Both the position numbers and the translations under genes were made by a program. Shown here piece after piece: positions 33,327-43,152 of a DNA stretch of 64,000 bases. The notes below the pieces were generated by a model. The model was not told where the DNA came from, made no database searches, and saw only the letters and a list, made by a program, of their open reading frames with translations. Origin of the DNA: Escherichia coli (GTDB lineage Bacteria > Pseudomonadota > Gammaproteobacteria > Enterobacterales > Enterobacteriaceae); NCBI RefSeq assembly GCF_050920415.1, contig NZ_CP169309.1; one strand, given 5' to 3'. Numbering within the stretch: the first letter of the stretch is position 1; every line of letters starts with the position of its first letter.

Positions 33327-33695
33327 GTGGTTTGTCCCCTTTTTGCCGCGGTTATAAAGGGGATAGCCAACAATAACCCCACGACTCATCTCAATTATCT
33401 CGCCCCGACCTGGCTAAGTCCCAGCCCGGTCTCTTGCAGTCGCGTTCACGCCTGAATGACTTCTCCTGAACTTAAGTCTCAGACCTATTTGGCCGGTAAT
33501 CCCTCTCAAATTTGCTCATTTTGCGTTCCACCTTCCATCACCCTGTAACAGACCCAGCCATTTTCTGCGTAATTGTGATCTGAGTTGTAAAACGCAGATC
33601 ATTATCTGTGTTTTAAAGATTTAATGTTGACCTCAAAAATCATGTGGGTAAGTATGATGGCCATCTAAGCAAAACAAAACACAGAGGATGACGCA

Positions 33696-34772
33696 ATGAA
33701 AGCACTGGCTCGGTTTGGCAAAGCCTTTGGCGGCTACAAGATGATCGATGTCCCACAACCCATTTGTGGCCCGGAAGATGTGGTGATTGAAATTAAAGCT
33801 GCGGCAATCTGCGGCGCAGACATGAAGCACTACAATGTCGATAGCGGTTCTGATGAGTTTAACTCTATCCGCGGCCATGAGTTCGCAGGTTGTATTGCGC
33901 AGGTTGGTGAAAAAGTCAAAGACTGGAAAGTGGGGCAACGCGTCGTGTCGGATAACAGCGGTCACGTTTGCGGCGTTTGTCCGGCCTGTGAACAAGGTGA
34001 TTTTCTGTGTTGTACAGAAAAAGTAAACCTTGGTCTGGATAACAATACGTGGGGCGGTGGTTTTTCCAAATATTGTCTGGTTCCTGGTGAAATTCTCAAA
34101 ATTCATCGTCATGCGTTGTGGGAAATCCCTGATGGTGTTGATTATGAGGACGCAGCCGTACTTGACCCTATCTGCAATGCCTACAAATCCATCGCGCAGC
34201 AATCGAAATTCCTCCCTGGTCAGGATGTAGTCGTCATCGGCACTGGCCCACTCGGGCTGTTCTCCGTACAAATGGCGCGGATTATGGGGGCGGTAAATAT
34301 CGTCGTCGTTGGTCTACAAGAAGATGTGGCGGTCCGCTTCCCGGTTGCAAAAGAACTGGGTGCGACGGCTGTAGTAAATGGTTCTACCGAAGATGTGGTG
34401 GCGCGCTGCCAGCAAATTTGTGGTAAAGACAATCTGGGACTGGTGATTGAATGCTCCGGTGCCAATATCGCACTTAAACAAGCCATCGAAATGCTCCGTC
34501 CGAACGGGGAAGTGGTACGCGTTGGAATGGGCTTCAAGCCTCTTGATTTCTCGATTAATGACATTACCGCCTGGAACAAAAGAATCATTGGGCATATGGC
34601 CTATGACTCCACCTCATGGCGTAACGCTCTCCGGCTATTAGCCAGCGGCGCTATCAAAGTCAAACCGATGATCACGCATCGTATCGGCCTGTCGCAATGG
34701 CGCGAAGGGTTTGATGCGATGGTCGATAAAACCGCAATCAAAGTGATCATGACTTACGACTTTGATGAATAA
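33696..34772 (+). CDS. ydjL: Zn-dependent (MDR) dehydrogenase YdjL
   Basis: GHEFAG catalytic-Zn motif and structural Zn cluster CGVCPACEQGDFLCC. 358 aa. Confidence 0.92.
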   Translation: MKALARFGKAFGGYKMIDVPQPICGPEDVVIEIKAAAICGADMKHYNVDSGSDEFNSIRGHEFAGCIAQVGEKVKDWKVGQRVVSDNSGHVCGVCPACEQGDFLCCTEKVNLGLDNNTWGGGFSKYCLVPGEILKIHRHALWEIPDGVDYEDAAVLDPICNAYKSIAQQSKFLPGQDVVVIGTGPLGLFSVQMARIMGAVNIVVVGLQEDVAVRFPVAKELGATAVVNGSTEDVVARCQQICGKDNLGLVIECSGANIALKQAIEMLRPNGEVVRVGMGFKPLDFSINDITAWNKRIIGHMAYDSTSWRNALRLLASGAIKVKPMITHRIGLSQWREGFDAMVDKTAIKVIMTYDFDE

Positions 34773-34798
34773 CTACTCTCCTGAAGGAACGTTATCGC

Positions 34799-36178
34799 AT
34801 GGAACAGATAACAAAACCGCATTGTGGTGCACGGCTGGATCGCTTACCGGATTGCCGCTGGCATTCGTCAATGTTTGCTATCGTCGCGTTTGGCTTGCTT
34901 GTCTGCTGGAGTAATGCCGTTGGTGGCTTGATCCTCGCGCAGCTGAAAGAGTTGGGCTGGACAGATAATTCCACCACTGCCACATTCTCAGCAATCACGA
35001 CCGCCGGGATGTTTCTCGGTGCGCTGGTTGGCGGCATCATCGGTGACAAAACCGGTCGCAGAAATGCGTTCATCCTCTATGAGGCCATTCATATTGCCTC
35101 GATGGTTGTCGGTGCTTTTTCACCGAATATGGATTTCCTTATTGCCTGCCGTTTTGTGATGGGCGTTGGGCTGGGAGCTTTACTGGTGACGCTGTTTGCT
35201 GGTTTCACCGAATATATGCCCGGTAGAAATCGCGGAACATGGTCCAGTCGGGTTTCCTTTATTGGCAACTGGTCATATCCGCTCTGTTCATTGATTGCGA
35301 TGGGACTCACGCCGCTGATTAGTGCAGAGTGGAACTGGCGAGTACAACTGCTTATCCCTGCAATATTGTCGCTTATCGCTACGGCGCTGGCCTGGCGCTA
35401 CTTTCCTGAATCCCCGCGCTGGCTGGAATCGCGCGGACGGTATCAGGAAGCCGAGAAAGTCATGCGGAGTATAGAAGAAGACGTCATACGCCAGACGGGT
35501 AAACCTTTGCCGCCCGTGGTTATTGCTGATGACGGTAAAGCGCCACAAGCGGTGCCGTATTCAGCCTTACTGACAGGAGTATTACTGAACCGCGTGATAT
35601 TAGGTTCTTGTGTGCTGATTGCCATGAACGTTGTGCAGTACACACTAATTAACTGGTTGCCAACGATATTCATGACCCAGGGGATTAATTTAAAAGACTC
35701 GATTGTTTTAAATACCATGAGTATGTTTGGCGCGCCATTTGGTATTTTTATTGCCATGCTGGTGATGGATAAAATTCCGCGTAAAACAATGGGTGTGGGG
35801 CTATTAATCCTGATTGCGGTGCTCGGATATATCTATTCACTGCAAACCAGTATGTTGCTCATAACGCTGATTGGTTTCTTCCTGATTACTTTCGTCTATA
35901 TGTACGTTTGCTATGCCTCGGCAGTGTATGTCCCTGAGATCTGGCCGACAGAGGCCAAATTACGTGGCTCCGGTCTGGCGAATGCAGTAGGGCGAATCAG
36001 TGGTATTGCCGCACCTTATGCCGTTGCAGTGCTGCTCAGTAGTTATGGCGTAACGGGAGTCTTTATTCTTCTGGGGGCGGTTTCAATTATTGTCGCAATT
36101 GCTATCGCCACCATTGGAATTGAAACCAAAGGTGTCTCCGTTGAAAGTTTAAGTATTGATGCAGTAGTCAATAAATAA
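34799..36178 (+). CDS. ydjK: MFS sugar-porter-type transporter YdjK
   Basis: 459 aa, 12 TM segments, GDKTGRR loop motif. Confidence 0.9.
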   Translation: MEQITKPHCGARLDRLPDCRWHSSMFAIVAFGLLVCWSNAVGGLILAQLKELGWTDNSTTATFSAITTAGMFLGALVGGIIGDKTGRRNAFILYEAIHIASMVVGAFSPNMDFLIACRFVMGVGLGALLVTLFAGFTEYMPGRNRGTWSSRVSFIGNWSYPLCSLIAMGLTPLISAEWNWRVQLLIPAILSLIATALAWRYFPESPRWLESRGRYQEAEKVMRSIEEDVIRQTGKPLPPVVIADDGKAPQAVPYSALLTGVLLNRVILGSCVLIAMNVVQYTLINWLPTIFMTQGINLKDSIVLNTMSMFGAPFGIFIAMLVMDKIPRKTMGVGLLILIAVLGYIYSLQTSMLLITLIGFFLITFVYMYVCYASAVYVPEIWPTEAKLRGSGLANAVGRISGIAAPYAVAVLLSSYGVTGVFILLGAVSIIVAIAIATIGIETKGVSVESLSIDAVVNK

Positions 36179-36194
36179 TACTGGTGGATTCAAA

Positions 36195-37238
36195 ATGAAA
36201 AATTCAAAAGCAATATTGCAGGTGCCGGGCACAATGAAAATTATTTCAGCAGAAATACCTGTGCCTAAAGAAGATGAAGTTTTGATTAAAGTAGAATATG
36301 TCGGTATTTGTGGTTCAGATGTACATGGTTTTGAATCAGGCCCGTTTATTCCGCCTAAAGACCCAAATCAAGAAATTGGCCTGGGTCATGAATGCGCCGG
36401 GACGGTTGTGGCTGTGGGAAGCCGTGTGCGCAAATTTAAAGCGGGGGATCGGGTAAATATCGAACCTGGCGTTCCTTGCGGTCACTGTCGTTACTGTCTG
36501 GAAGGCAAATATAACATCTGTCCGGACGTTGATTTTATGGCGACACAACCCAACTACCGCGGCGCATTAACGCACTATCTGTGTCATCCGGAGAGCTTTA
36601 CTTACAAACTGCCCGACAATATGGACACGATGGAAGGGGCGCTGGTGGAGCCTGCTGCAGTCGGTATGCATGCCGCGATGCTGGCAGATGTTAAACCGGG
36701 TAAGAAGATAATTATTCTGGGAGCGGGTTGTATTGGTTTGATGACGTTGCAAGCATGCAAATGCCTGGGAGCTACGGATATTGCCGTCGTTGATGTACTG
36801 GAAAAACGTCTGACAATGGCGGAACAGCTCGGCGCGACAGTGGTTATTAACGGCGCAAAAGAAGACACTATTGCACGTTGTCAGCAATTTACCGAAGAAA
36901 TGGGCGCAGATATTGTTTTCGAAACAGCGGGTTCTGCGGTCACCGTTAAACAGGCACCTTATCTGGTAATGCGCGGCGGTAAAATTATGATTGTTGGTAC
37001 TGTACCGGGCGATTCGGCAATCAATTTCCTCAAAATCAATCGCGAAGTCACTATCCAGACAGTATTCCGCTATGCCAATCGTTATCCGGTCACGATTGAA
37101 GCTATTTCCTCAGGGCGATTCGATGTGAAATCGATGGTGACACATATTTACGATTATCAGGATGTACAACAGGCATTTGAAGAGTCGGTTAACAACAAAC
37201 GCGACATTATTAAAGGCGTTATTAAAATTAGCGATTAA
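36195..37238 (+). CDS. ydjJ: Zn-dependent (MDR) dehydrogenase YdjJ
   Basis: GHECAG motif and CGHCRYCLEGKYNIC cluster. 347 aa. Confidence 0.92.
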   Translation: MKNSKAILQVPGTMKIISAEIPVPKEDEVLIKVEYVGICGSDVHGFESGPFIPPKDPNQEIGLGHECAGTVVAVGSRVRKFKAGDRVNIEPGVPCGHCRYCLEGKYNICPDVDFMATQPNYRGALTHYLCHPESFTYKLPDNMDTMEGALVEPAAVGMHAAMLADVKPGKKIIILGAGCIGLMTLQACKCLGATDIAVVDVLEKRLTMAEQLGATVVINGAKEDTIARCQQFTEEMGADIVFETAGSAVTVKQAPYLVMRGGKIMIVGTVPGDSAINFLKINREVTIQTVFRYANRYPVTIEAISSGRFDVKSMVTHIYDYQDVQQAFEESVNNKRDIIKGVIKISD

Positions 37239-37258
37239 TTAATACGGGAGAACAGAAT

Positions 37259-38095
37259 ATGCTCGCAGATATCAGATATTGGGAAAACGATGCCACAAAT
37301 AAACATTATGCAATTGCCCATTTTAATGTATGGAATGCAGAAATGTTGATGGGCGTTATCGACGCAGCCGAAGAAGCGAAATCACCGGTTATTATTTCTT
37401 TTGGTACAGGTTTTGTCGGGAACACCTCATTTGAAGATTTCTCTCACATGATGGTATCAATGGCAAAAAAAGCAACGGTGCCGGTAATAACTCATTGGGA
37501 TCATGGTCGGAGTATGGAAATTATTCATAACGCCTGGACTCATGGTATGAATTCATTAATGCGTGATGCTTCCGCATTTGATTTCGAAGAAAATATTCGT
37601 TTAACCAAAGAGGCTGTTGATTTCTTCCATCCGCTGGGTATTCCGGTAGAGGCAGAATTAGGGCATGTCGGTAATGAAACCGTTTATGAAGAAGCGCTGG
37701 CGGGCTATCACTATACCGATCCTGACCAGGCGGCTGAATTTGTTGAACGTACGGGCTGTGACTCATTGGCTGTCGCCATCGGCAACCAGCATGGGGTTTA
37801 TACGTCAGAGCCACAATTGAACTTTGAGGTCGTCAAACGCGTACGCGATGCCGTTTCTGTTCCGCTGGTTTTGCACGGCGCATCGGGGATCAGTGATGCC
37901 GACATTAAAACTGCAATTTCGTTGGGTATCGCGAAAATCAACATTCATACGGAGCTCTGTCAGGCCGCAATGGTAGCAGTGAAAGAAAACCAGGATCAGC
38001 CTTTCCTGCATTTAGAACGTGAAGTACGTAAAGCTGTAAAAGAACGGGCATTGGAAAAAATTAAACTGTTCGGTTCTGATGGCAAAGCGGAATAA
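37259..38095 (+). CDS. ydjI: Class II (metal-dependent) ketose-phosphate aldolase YdjI
   Basis: 278 aa of the FbaA/GatY/KbaY family (HFNV...HWDHG...LHGASG). Confidence 0.9.
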   Translation: MLADIRYWENDATNKHYAIAHFNVWNAEMLMGVIDAAEEAKSPVIISFGTGFVGNTSFEDFSHMMVSMAKKATVPVITHWDHGRSMEIIHNAWTHGMNSLMRDASAFDFEENIRLTKEAVDFFHPLGIPVEAELGHVGNETVYEEALAGYHYTDPDQAAEFVERTGCDSLAVAIGNQHGVYTSEPQLNFEVVKRVRDAVSVPLVLHGASGISDADIKTAISLGIAKINIHTELCQAAMVAVKENQDQPFLHLEREVRKAVKERALEKIKLFGSDGKAE

Positions 38096-38099
38096 TGAT

Positions 38100-39047
38100 A
38101 TGGATAATCTCGACGTTATTTGTATAGGTGCCGCTATTGTTGATATTCCATTGCAACCGGTCAGTAAAAATATCTTTGATGTGGATTCTTATCCTCTTGA
38201 AAGAATCGCAATGACCACCGGGGGTGATGCAATAAATGAAGCAACAATTATTTCTCGCCTGGGCCATCGCACAGCATTAATGAGTCGTATTGGTAAAGAT
38301 GCCGCCGGGCAATTTATTCTCGACCATTGTCGCAAAGAGAATATTGATATTCAAAGCCTGAAGCAGGACGTCAGCATAGATACCTCTATTAACGTTGGAC
38401 TGGTGACGGAGGATGGCGAGCGGACGTTTGTCACAAACCGTAACGGCAGTCTGTGGAAATTGAATATTGACGATGTTGATTTTTCGCGGTTTTCTCAGGC
38501 GAAATTATTATCTCTGGCCAGTATTTTCAACAGTCCTCTATTGGATGGTAAAGCGCTAACAGAAATTTTTACGCAAGCTAAAGCCCGGCAGATGATTATC
38601 TGTGCCGATATGATCAAACCGCGGTTGAATGAAACGCTGGATGATATTTGCGAAGCATTGAGTTATGTCGATTATCTGTTTCCTAATTTTGCCGAGGCAA
38701 AATTACTCACTGGGAAAGAGACACTGGATGAAATTGCTGACTGCTTTCTTGCGTGCGGCGTAAAAACGGTGGTGATTAAAACGGGTAAAGACGGCTGCTT
38801 TATCAAGCGTGGTGACATGACGATGAAGGTGCCGGCGGTCGCAGGAATAACCGCCATCGACACTATTGGCGCAGGCGATAACTTTGCTTCTGGCTTTATA
38901 GCGGCTCTGTTAGAAGACAAAAATCTGCGTGAATGCGCACGCTTTGCCAATGCAACGGCGGCTATCTCGGTTCTAAGCGTCGGTGCCACCACCGGTGTAA
39001 AAAACAGAAAGCTGGTCGAACAATTGCTGGAAGAATACGAAGGATAA
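38100..39047 (+). CDS. ydjH: PfkB-family sugar kinase YdjH (315 aa)
   Basis: GAGDNFASGF signature. Start trimmed to MDNLDVICIG. Confidence 0.9.
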   Translation: MDNLDVICIGAAIVDIPLQPVSKNIFDVDSYPLERIAMTTGGDAINEATIISRLGHRTALMSRIGKDAAGQFILDHCRKENIDIQSLKQDVSIDTSINVGLVTEDGERTFVTNRNGSLWKLNIDDVDFSRFSQAKLLSLASIFNSPLLDGKALTEIFTQAKARQMIICADMIKPRLNETLDDICEALSYVDYLFPNFAEAKLLTGKETLDEIADCFLACGVKTVVIKTGKDGCFIKRGDMTMKVPAVAGITAIDTIGAGDNFASGFIAALLEDKNLRECARFANATAAISVLSVGATTGVKNRKLVEQLLEEYEG

Positions 39048-39056
39048 TGAAGGCAA

Positions 39057-40037
39057 ATGAAAAAGATACCTTTAGGCACAACGGATATAACGCTTTCGCG
39101 AATGGGGTTGGGGACATGGGCCATTGGCGGCGGTCCTGCATGGAATGGCGATCTCGATCGGCAAATATGTATTGATACGATTCTTGAAGCCCATCGTTGC
39201 GGCATTAACCTGATTGATACTGCGCCAGGATATAACTTTGGCAATAGTGAGGTTATCGTCGGTCAGGCGTTAAAAAAACTGCCCCGTGAACAGGTTGTAG
39301 TAGAAACCAAATGCGGCATTGTCTGGGAACGAAAAGGGAGTTTATTCAACAAAGTTGGCGATCGGCAGTTGTATAAAAACCTTTCCCCGGAATCTATCCG
39401 CGAAGAGGTAGAAGCCAGCTTGCAACGTCTGGGTATTGATTACATCGATATCTACATGACGCACTGGCAGTCGGTGCCGCCATTTTTTACGCCGATAGCT
39501 GAAACTGTCGCAGTGCTCAATGAGTTAAAGGCCGAAGGGAAAATTCGCGCTATAGGCGCTGCTAACGTCGATGCTGACCATATCCGCGAGTATCTGCAAT
39601 ATGGTGAACTGGATATTATTCAGGCGAAATACAGTATCCTCGACCGGGCAATGGAAAGCGAACTGCTGCCGCTATGTCGTGATAATGGCATTGTGTTACA
39701 GGTTTATTCCCCGCTAGAGCAGGGATTGTTGACCGGTACCATCACTCGTGATTATGTTCCGGGCGGCGCTCGGGCAAATAAAGTCTGGTTCCAGCGTGAA
39801 AACATGCTGAAAGTGATTGATATGCTTGAACAGTGGCAGCCACTCTGTGCTCGTTATCAGTGCACAATTCCCACTCTGGCACTGGCGTGGATATTAAAAC
39901 AGAGTGATTTAATCTCCATTCTTAGTGGGGCTACTGCGCCGGAACAGGTACGTGAAAATGTCGCGGCACTGAATATCAACTTATCGGATGCAGACGCAAC
40001 ATTGATGAGGGAAATGGCAGAGGCTCTGGAGCGTTAA
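39057..40037 (+). CDS. ydjG: Aldo-keto reductase YdjG
   Basis: 326 aa AKR (LIDTAPGY, YMTHW). Confidence 0.9.
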   Translation: MKKIPLGTTDITLSRMGLGTWAIGGGPAWNGDLDRQICIDTILEAHRCGINLIDTAPGYNFGNSEVIVGQALKKLPREQVVVETKCGIVWERKGSLFNKVGDRQLYKNLSPESIREEVEASLQRLGIDYIDIYMTHWQSVPPFFTPIAETVAVLNELKAEGKIRAIGAANVDADHIREYLQYGELDIIQAKYSILDRAMESELLPLCRDNGIVLQVYSPLEQGLLTGTITRDYVPGGARANKVWFQRENMLKVIDMLEQWQPLCARYQCTIPTLALAWILKQSDLISILSGATAPEQVRENVAALNINLSDADATLMREMAEALER

Positions 40038-40173
40038 ATACTCAACACGATTCACCTCTGTTTCTGTGAAAACTGTGATGAAAATCTGTGATTCAAACAG
40101 GTTATTTTGAAAGTAAACATCGGTTATGCGATAATCGCGCTAATGTGATGTAAAAAGATACAGGGGTGTAATC

Positions 40174-40932
40174 GTGGCGGCAAAAGACAGGATTCAGGCA
40201 ATTAAGCAAATGGTTGCCAACGATAAAAAGGTGACAGTCTCAAATTTGAGTGGGATTTTTCAGGTAACCGAAGAAACCATTCGCCGCGATCTTGAGAAGC
40301 TGGAAGATGAAGGCTTTTTGACCAGAACCTATGGTGGTGCTGTTTTAAATACAGCGATGTTGACGGAGAATATCCATTTTTATAAGCGCGCTTCATCGTT
40401 TTATGAAGAGAAGCAGCTTATTGCACGCAAGGCACTACCCTTTATCGACAATAAAACCACTATGGCAGCCGATTCCAGTAGTACCGTTATGGAATTGCTC
40501 AAATTGTTGCAGGACCGTAGTGACCTGACGTTGCTAACTAACTCGGCGGAAGCGATTCATGTTCTGGCTCAATCAGAAATTAAAGTCGTTTCAACGGGGG
40601 GGGAACTAAACAAAAATACACTTTCCCTGCAAGGAAGAATTACTAAAGAGATCATCAGCCGCTACCATGTCGATATCATGGTAATGAGTTGTAAAGGTCT
40701 TGATATTAACAGCGGCGCGCTGGACTCTAACGAAGCGGAAGCTGAAATCAAAAAGACAATGATCCGTCAGGCGACAGAAGTTGCGTTATTGGTTGATCAC
40801 TCTAAGTTTGATCGCAAAGCTTTTGTCCAGTTAGCTGACTTTAGTCATATTAATTACATAATAACTGATAAATCACCGGGTGCAGAGTGGATAGCATTTT
40901 GCAAAGACAATAATATCCAGCTGGTGTGGTAA
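40174..40932 (+). CDS. ydjF: DeoR-family transcriptional repressor YdjF
   Basis: GTG start. N-terminal DeoR helix-turn-helix (VSNLSGIFQVTEETIRRDLEKLE) plus a sugar-phosphate-binding C-terminus. 252 aa. Confidence 0.9.
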   Translation: MAAKDRIQAIKQMVANDKKVTVSNLSGIFQVTEETIRRDLEKLEDEGFLTRTYGGAVLNTAMLTENIHFYKRASSFYEEKQLIARKALPFIDNKTTMAADSSSTVMELLKLLQDRSDLTLLTNSAEAIHVLAQSEIKVVSTGGELNKNTLSLQGRITKEIISRYHVDIMVMSCKGLDINSGALDSNEAEAEIKKTMIRQATEVALLVDHSKFDRKAFVQLADFSHINYIITDKSPGAEWIAFCKDNNIQLVW

Positions 40933-41049
40933 TTTAAGCACACGTTGTCAATATTATTTGTTCCTGCGCCTGGAAAATAAAATGATGATAAAGATGCGGC
41001 AAGTGAATTTGCCGCAATTGCTACCTTTTTAGCAAATCCGAGGCACCTA

Positions 41050-42408
41050 ATGGAACAATATGATCAAATTGGCGCAAGACTGGACCGCTTGCCTTTGGCC
41101 CGGTTTCATTATCGTATATTTGGTATTATAAGCTTTAGTCTGTTATTAACGGGTTTTTTGAGTTATTCAGGCAATGTTGTTTTAGCAAAGCTGGTAAGCA
41201 ATGGATGGTCAAATAATTTCCTCAATGCCGCCTTTACCTCGGCATTAATGTTTGGTTATTTCATCGGCTCTCTTACCGGTGGGTTCATCGGTGATTATTT
41301 TGGGCGGCGCAGGGCTTTTCGCATAAATCTTCTCATCGTCGGTATTGCGGCAACAGGGGCCGCTTTTGTCCCTGATATGTACTGGCTCATTTTCTTTCGC
41401 TTCCTGATGGGCACAGGAATGGGGGCGCTGATTATGGTTGGCTATGCTTCGTTTACGGAGTTTATCCCCGCGACGGTGCGTGGAAAATGGTCCGCGCGGC
41501 TGTCATTTGTCGGTAACTGGTCGCCCATGCTGTCTGCGGCGATAGGCGTGGTGGTTATCGCTTTTTTTAGTTGGCGGATAATGTTTCTGCTGGGTGGTAT
41601 TGGCATACTGTTAGCCTGGTTTCTCTCAGGTAAATACTTTATTGAGTCGCCTCGATGGTTGGCGGGGAAAGGACAAATCGCAGGTGCAGAAAGCCAACTT
41701 CGTGAAGTAGAGCAGCAAATTGAAAGAGAGAAGAGTGTTCGTTTACCCCCGCTTACTTTGAATCAGAGCAACAGCAAGGCTAACGTAATCAATGGTACTT
41801 TCTGGCTGCTGTTTAAAGGGGAAATGTTACGACGTACATTAGTTGCGATTACTGTTTTAATTGCAATGAACATTTCACTTTATACCATCACCGTATGGAT
41901 ACCGACCATATTTGTTAACTCCGGTATTGATGTTGATAAATCAATATTAATGACTGCTGTTATTATGATTGGCGCTCCGGTAGGTATATTTATTGCGGCA
42001 TTAATTATTGATCATTTTCCTCGTCGATTATTTGGCTCCGCCTTGCTTATTATTATTGCCATGTTAGGCTATATCTATTCAATTCAGACTACAGAGTGGG
42101 CGATTTTAATCTATGGCCTGGTGATGATCTTCTTTTTATACATGTATGTTTGCTTCGCGTCGGCGGTTTATATCCCGGAGCTTTGGCCAACGCATTTACG
42201 CCTGCGCGGTTCGGGTTTCGTTAATGCCGTCGGACGGATCGTCGCGGTCTTCACGCCTTATGGCGTTGCGGCACTATTAACGCATTATGGGTCAATCACG
42301 GTGTTTATGGTGCTTGGCGTGATGTTAGTGCTCTGTGCGCTGGTTCTCTCCATTTTTGGCATCGAAACGCGGAAGGTGTCGCTGGAAGAGATTTCTGAGG
42401 TGAATTAA
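41050..42408 (+). CDS. ydjE: MFS transporter YdjE
   Basis: 452 aa. Paralogous to YdjK: shared RLDRLP, GDYFGRR and ESPRWL motifs. Confidence 0.9.
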   Translation: MEQYDQIGARLDRLPLARFHYRIFGIISFSLLLTGFLSYSGNVVLAKLVSNGWSNNFLNAAFTSALMFGYFIGSLTGGFIGDYFGRRRAFRINLLIVGIAATGAAFVPDMYWLIFFRFLMGTGMGALIMVGYASFTEFIPATVRGKWSARLSFVGNWSPMLSAAIGVVVIAFFSWRIMFLLGGIGILLAWFLSGKYFIESPRWLAGKGQIAGAESQLREVEQQIEREKSVRLPPLTLNQSNSKANVINGTFWLLFKGEMLRRTLVAITVLIAMNISLYTITVWIPTIFVNSGIDVDKSILMTAVIMIGAPVGIFIAALIIDHFPRRLFGSALLIIIAMLGYIYSIQTTEWAILIYGLVMIFFLYMYVCFASAVYIPELWPTHLRLRGSGFVNAVGRIVAVFTPYGVAALLTHYGSITVFMVLGVMLVLCALVLSIFGIETRKVSLEEISEVN

Positions 42409-42430
42409 ATCTTTCGTTGATGGCGTCAAT

Positions 42431-42493
42431 TGCCAGATGTACCACTGACGTGTTTTATCTGGCCTACAATGGCAGTACAGAATTGTAGGCCAG
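42431..42493. repeat. REP pair (BIME-like) between ydjE and pncA
   Basis: GCCAGAT...ATCTGGCCTAC followed by an inverted GTAGGCCAG. This is the typical REP tail motif. Confidence 0.7.
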
Positions 42494-42500
42494 CATAAAA

Positions 42501-43142
42501 TTACTCCTGCGTCTCTTCCCAGTCTGCCAGCGTATATAGCGTTGCCCCAGCTGCTGACATCTCCATAAACGCGTGCGCACTGTCCTGTGGCTGGATATTC
42601 ACGCCACGACAACCATCGGTAATCACATTAACCTTATAACCTAACTGTAACGCGTCCAGCACGGTAAACTTCACGCAATAGTCAGTAGCCAGGCCCATAA
42701 TGATCAATTCATCGATTTCATGATCGCGTAACCAGTCATCGAGCGTGGTTTTCTGCCGACGGCCGTTATCAAAAAAGGCACTGTAACTGTCAACTAAAGG
42801 ATTTTCGCCTTTATGGAACACCGCTGCGATCGCTTTTTGGTTCAGTAACGGATGTAATTGTGCGCCTTCACTGTTCTGCACACAGTGATCTGGCCAGAAG
42901 GTTTGTGGCAAACCGTCGAGTTGGCCTGGCGTATAAGGCTCTACACCGTGCTGACTGGCAAAACTGCCGTGATTCGCCGGGTGCCAGTCTTGACTGGCGA
43001 TAACCGCTTCACCGCGCGACTGGCACCAGTCAATCAGGCGGTTAGCGACATCCACCGTACTGTCACCTTCCGGCACGGCGAGCGCGCCACCAGCACAGAA
43101 ATCATTTTGTAAATCGACCAGTAACAGGGCGCGAGGGGGCAT
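42501..43142 (-). CDS. pncA: Nicotinamidase/pyrazinamidase PncA (213 aa)
   Basis: Isochorismatase fold (LLVDLQNDF, ATDYCV). Start trimmed to MPPRALLLV. Confidence 0.93.
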   Translation of the reverse strand: MPPRALLLVDLQNDFCAGGALAVPEGDSTVDVANRLIDWCQSRGEAVIASQDWHPANHGSFASQHGVEPYTPGQLDGLPQTFWPDHCVQNSEGAQLHPLLNQKAIAAVFHKGENPLVDSYSAFFDNGRRQKTTLDDWLRDHEIDELIIMGLATDYCVKFTVLDALQLGYKVNVITDGCRGVNIQPQDSAHAFMEMSAAGATLYTLADWEETQE

Positions 43143-43152
43143 TGCAGTCTCC

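Noticed and set aside
33633-34271. 212-aa minus-strand ORF across the ydjL start
   Set aside because: It is antisense to the Zn-dehydrogenase ydjL, which has clear catalytic motifs. It has no Shine-Dalgarno sequence and no family resemblance.
38672-39244. 190-aa minus-strand ORF spanning the ydjH/ydjG junction
   Set aside because: It is antisense to two well-supported genes, and its composition is Pro/Ser/Arg-rich noise.
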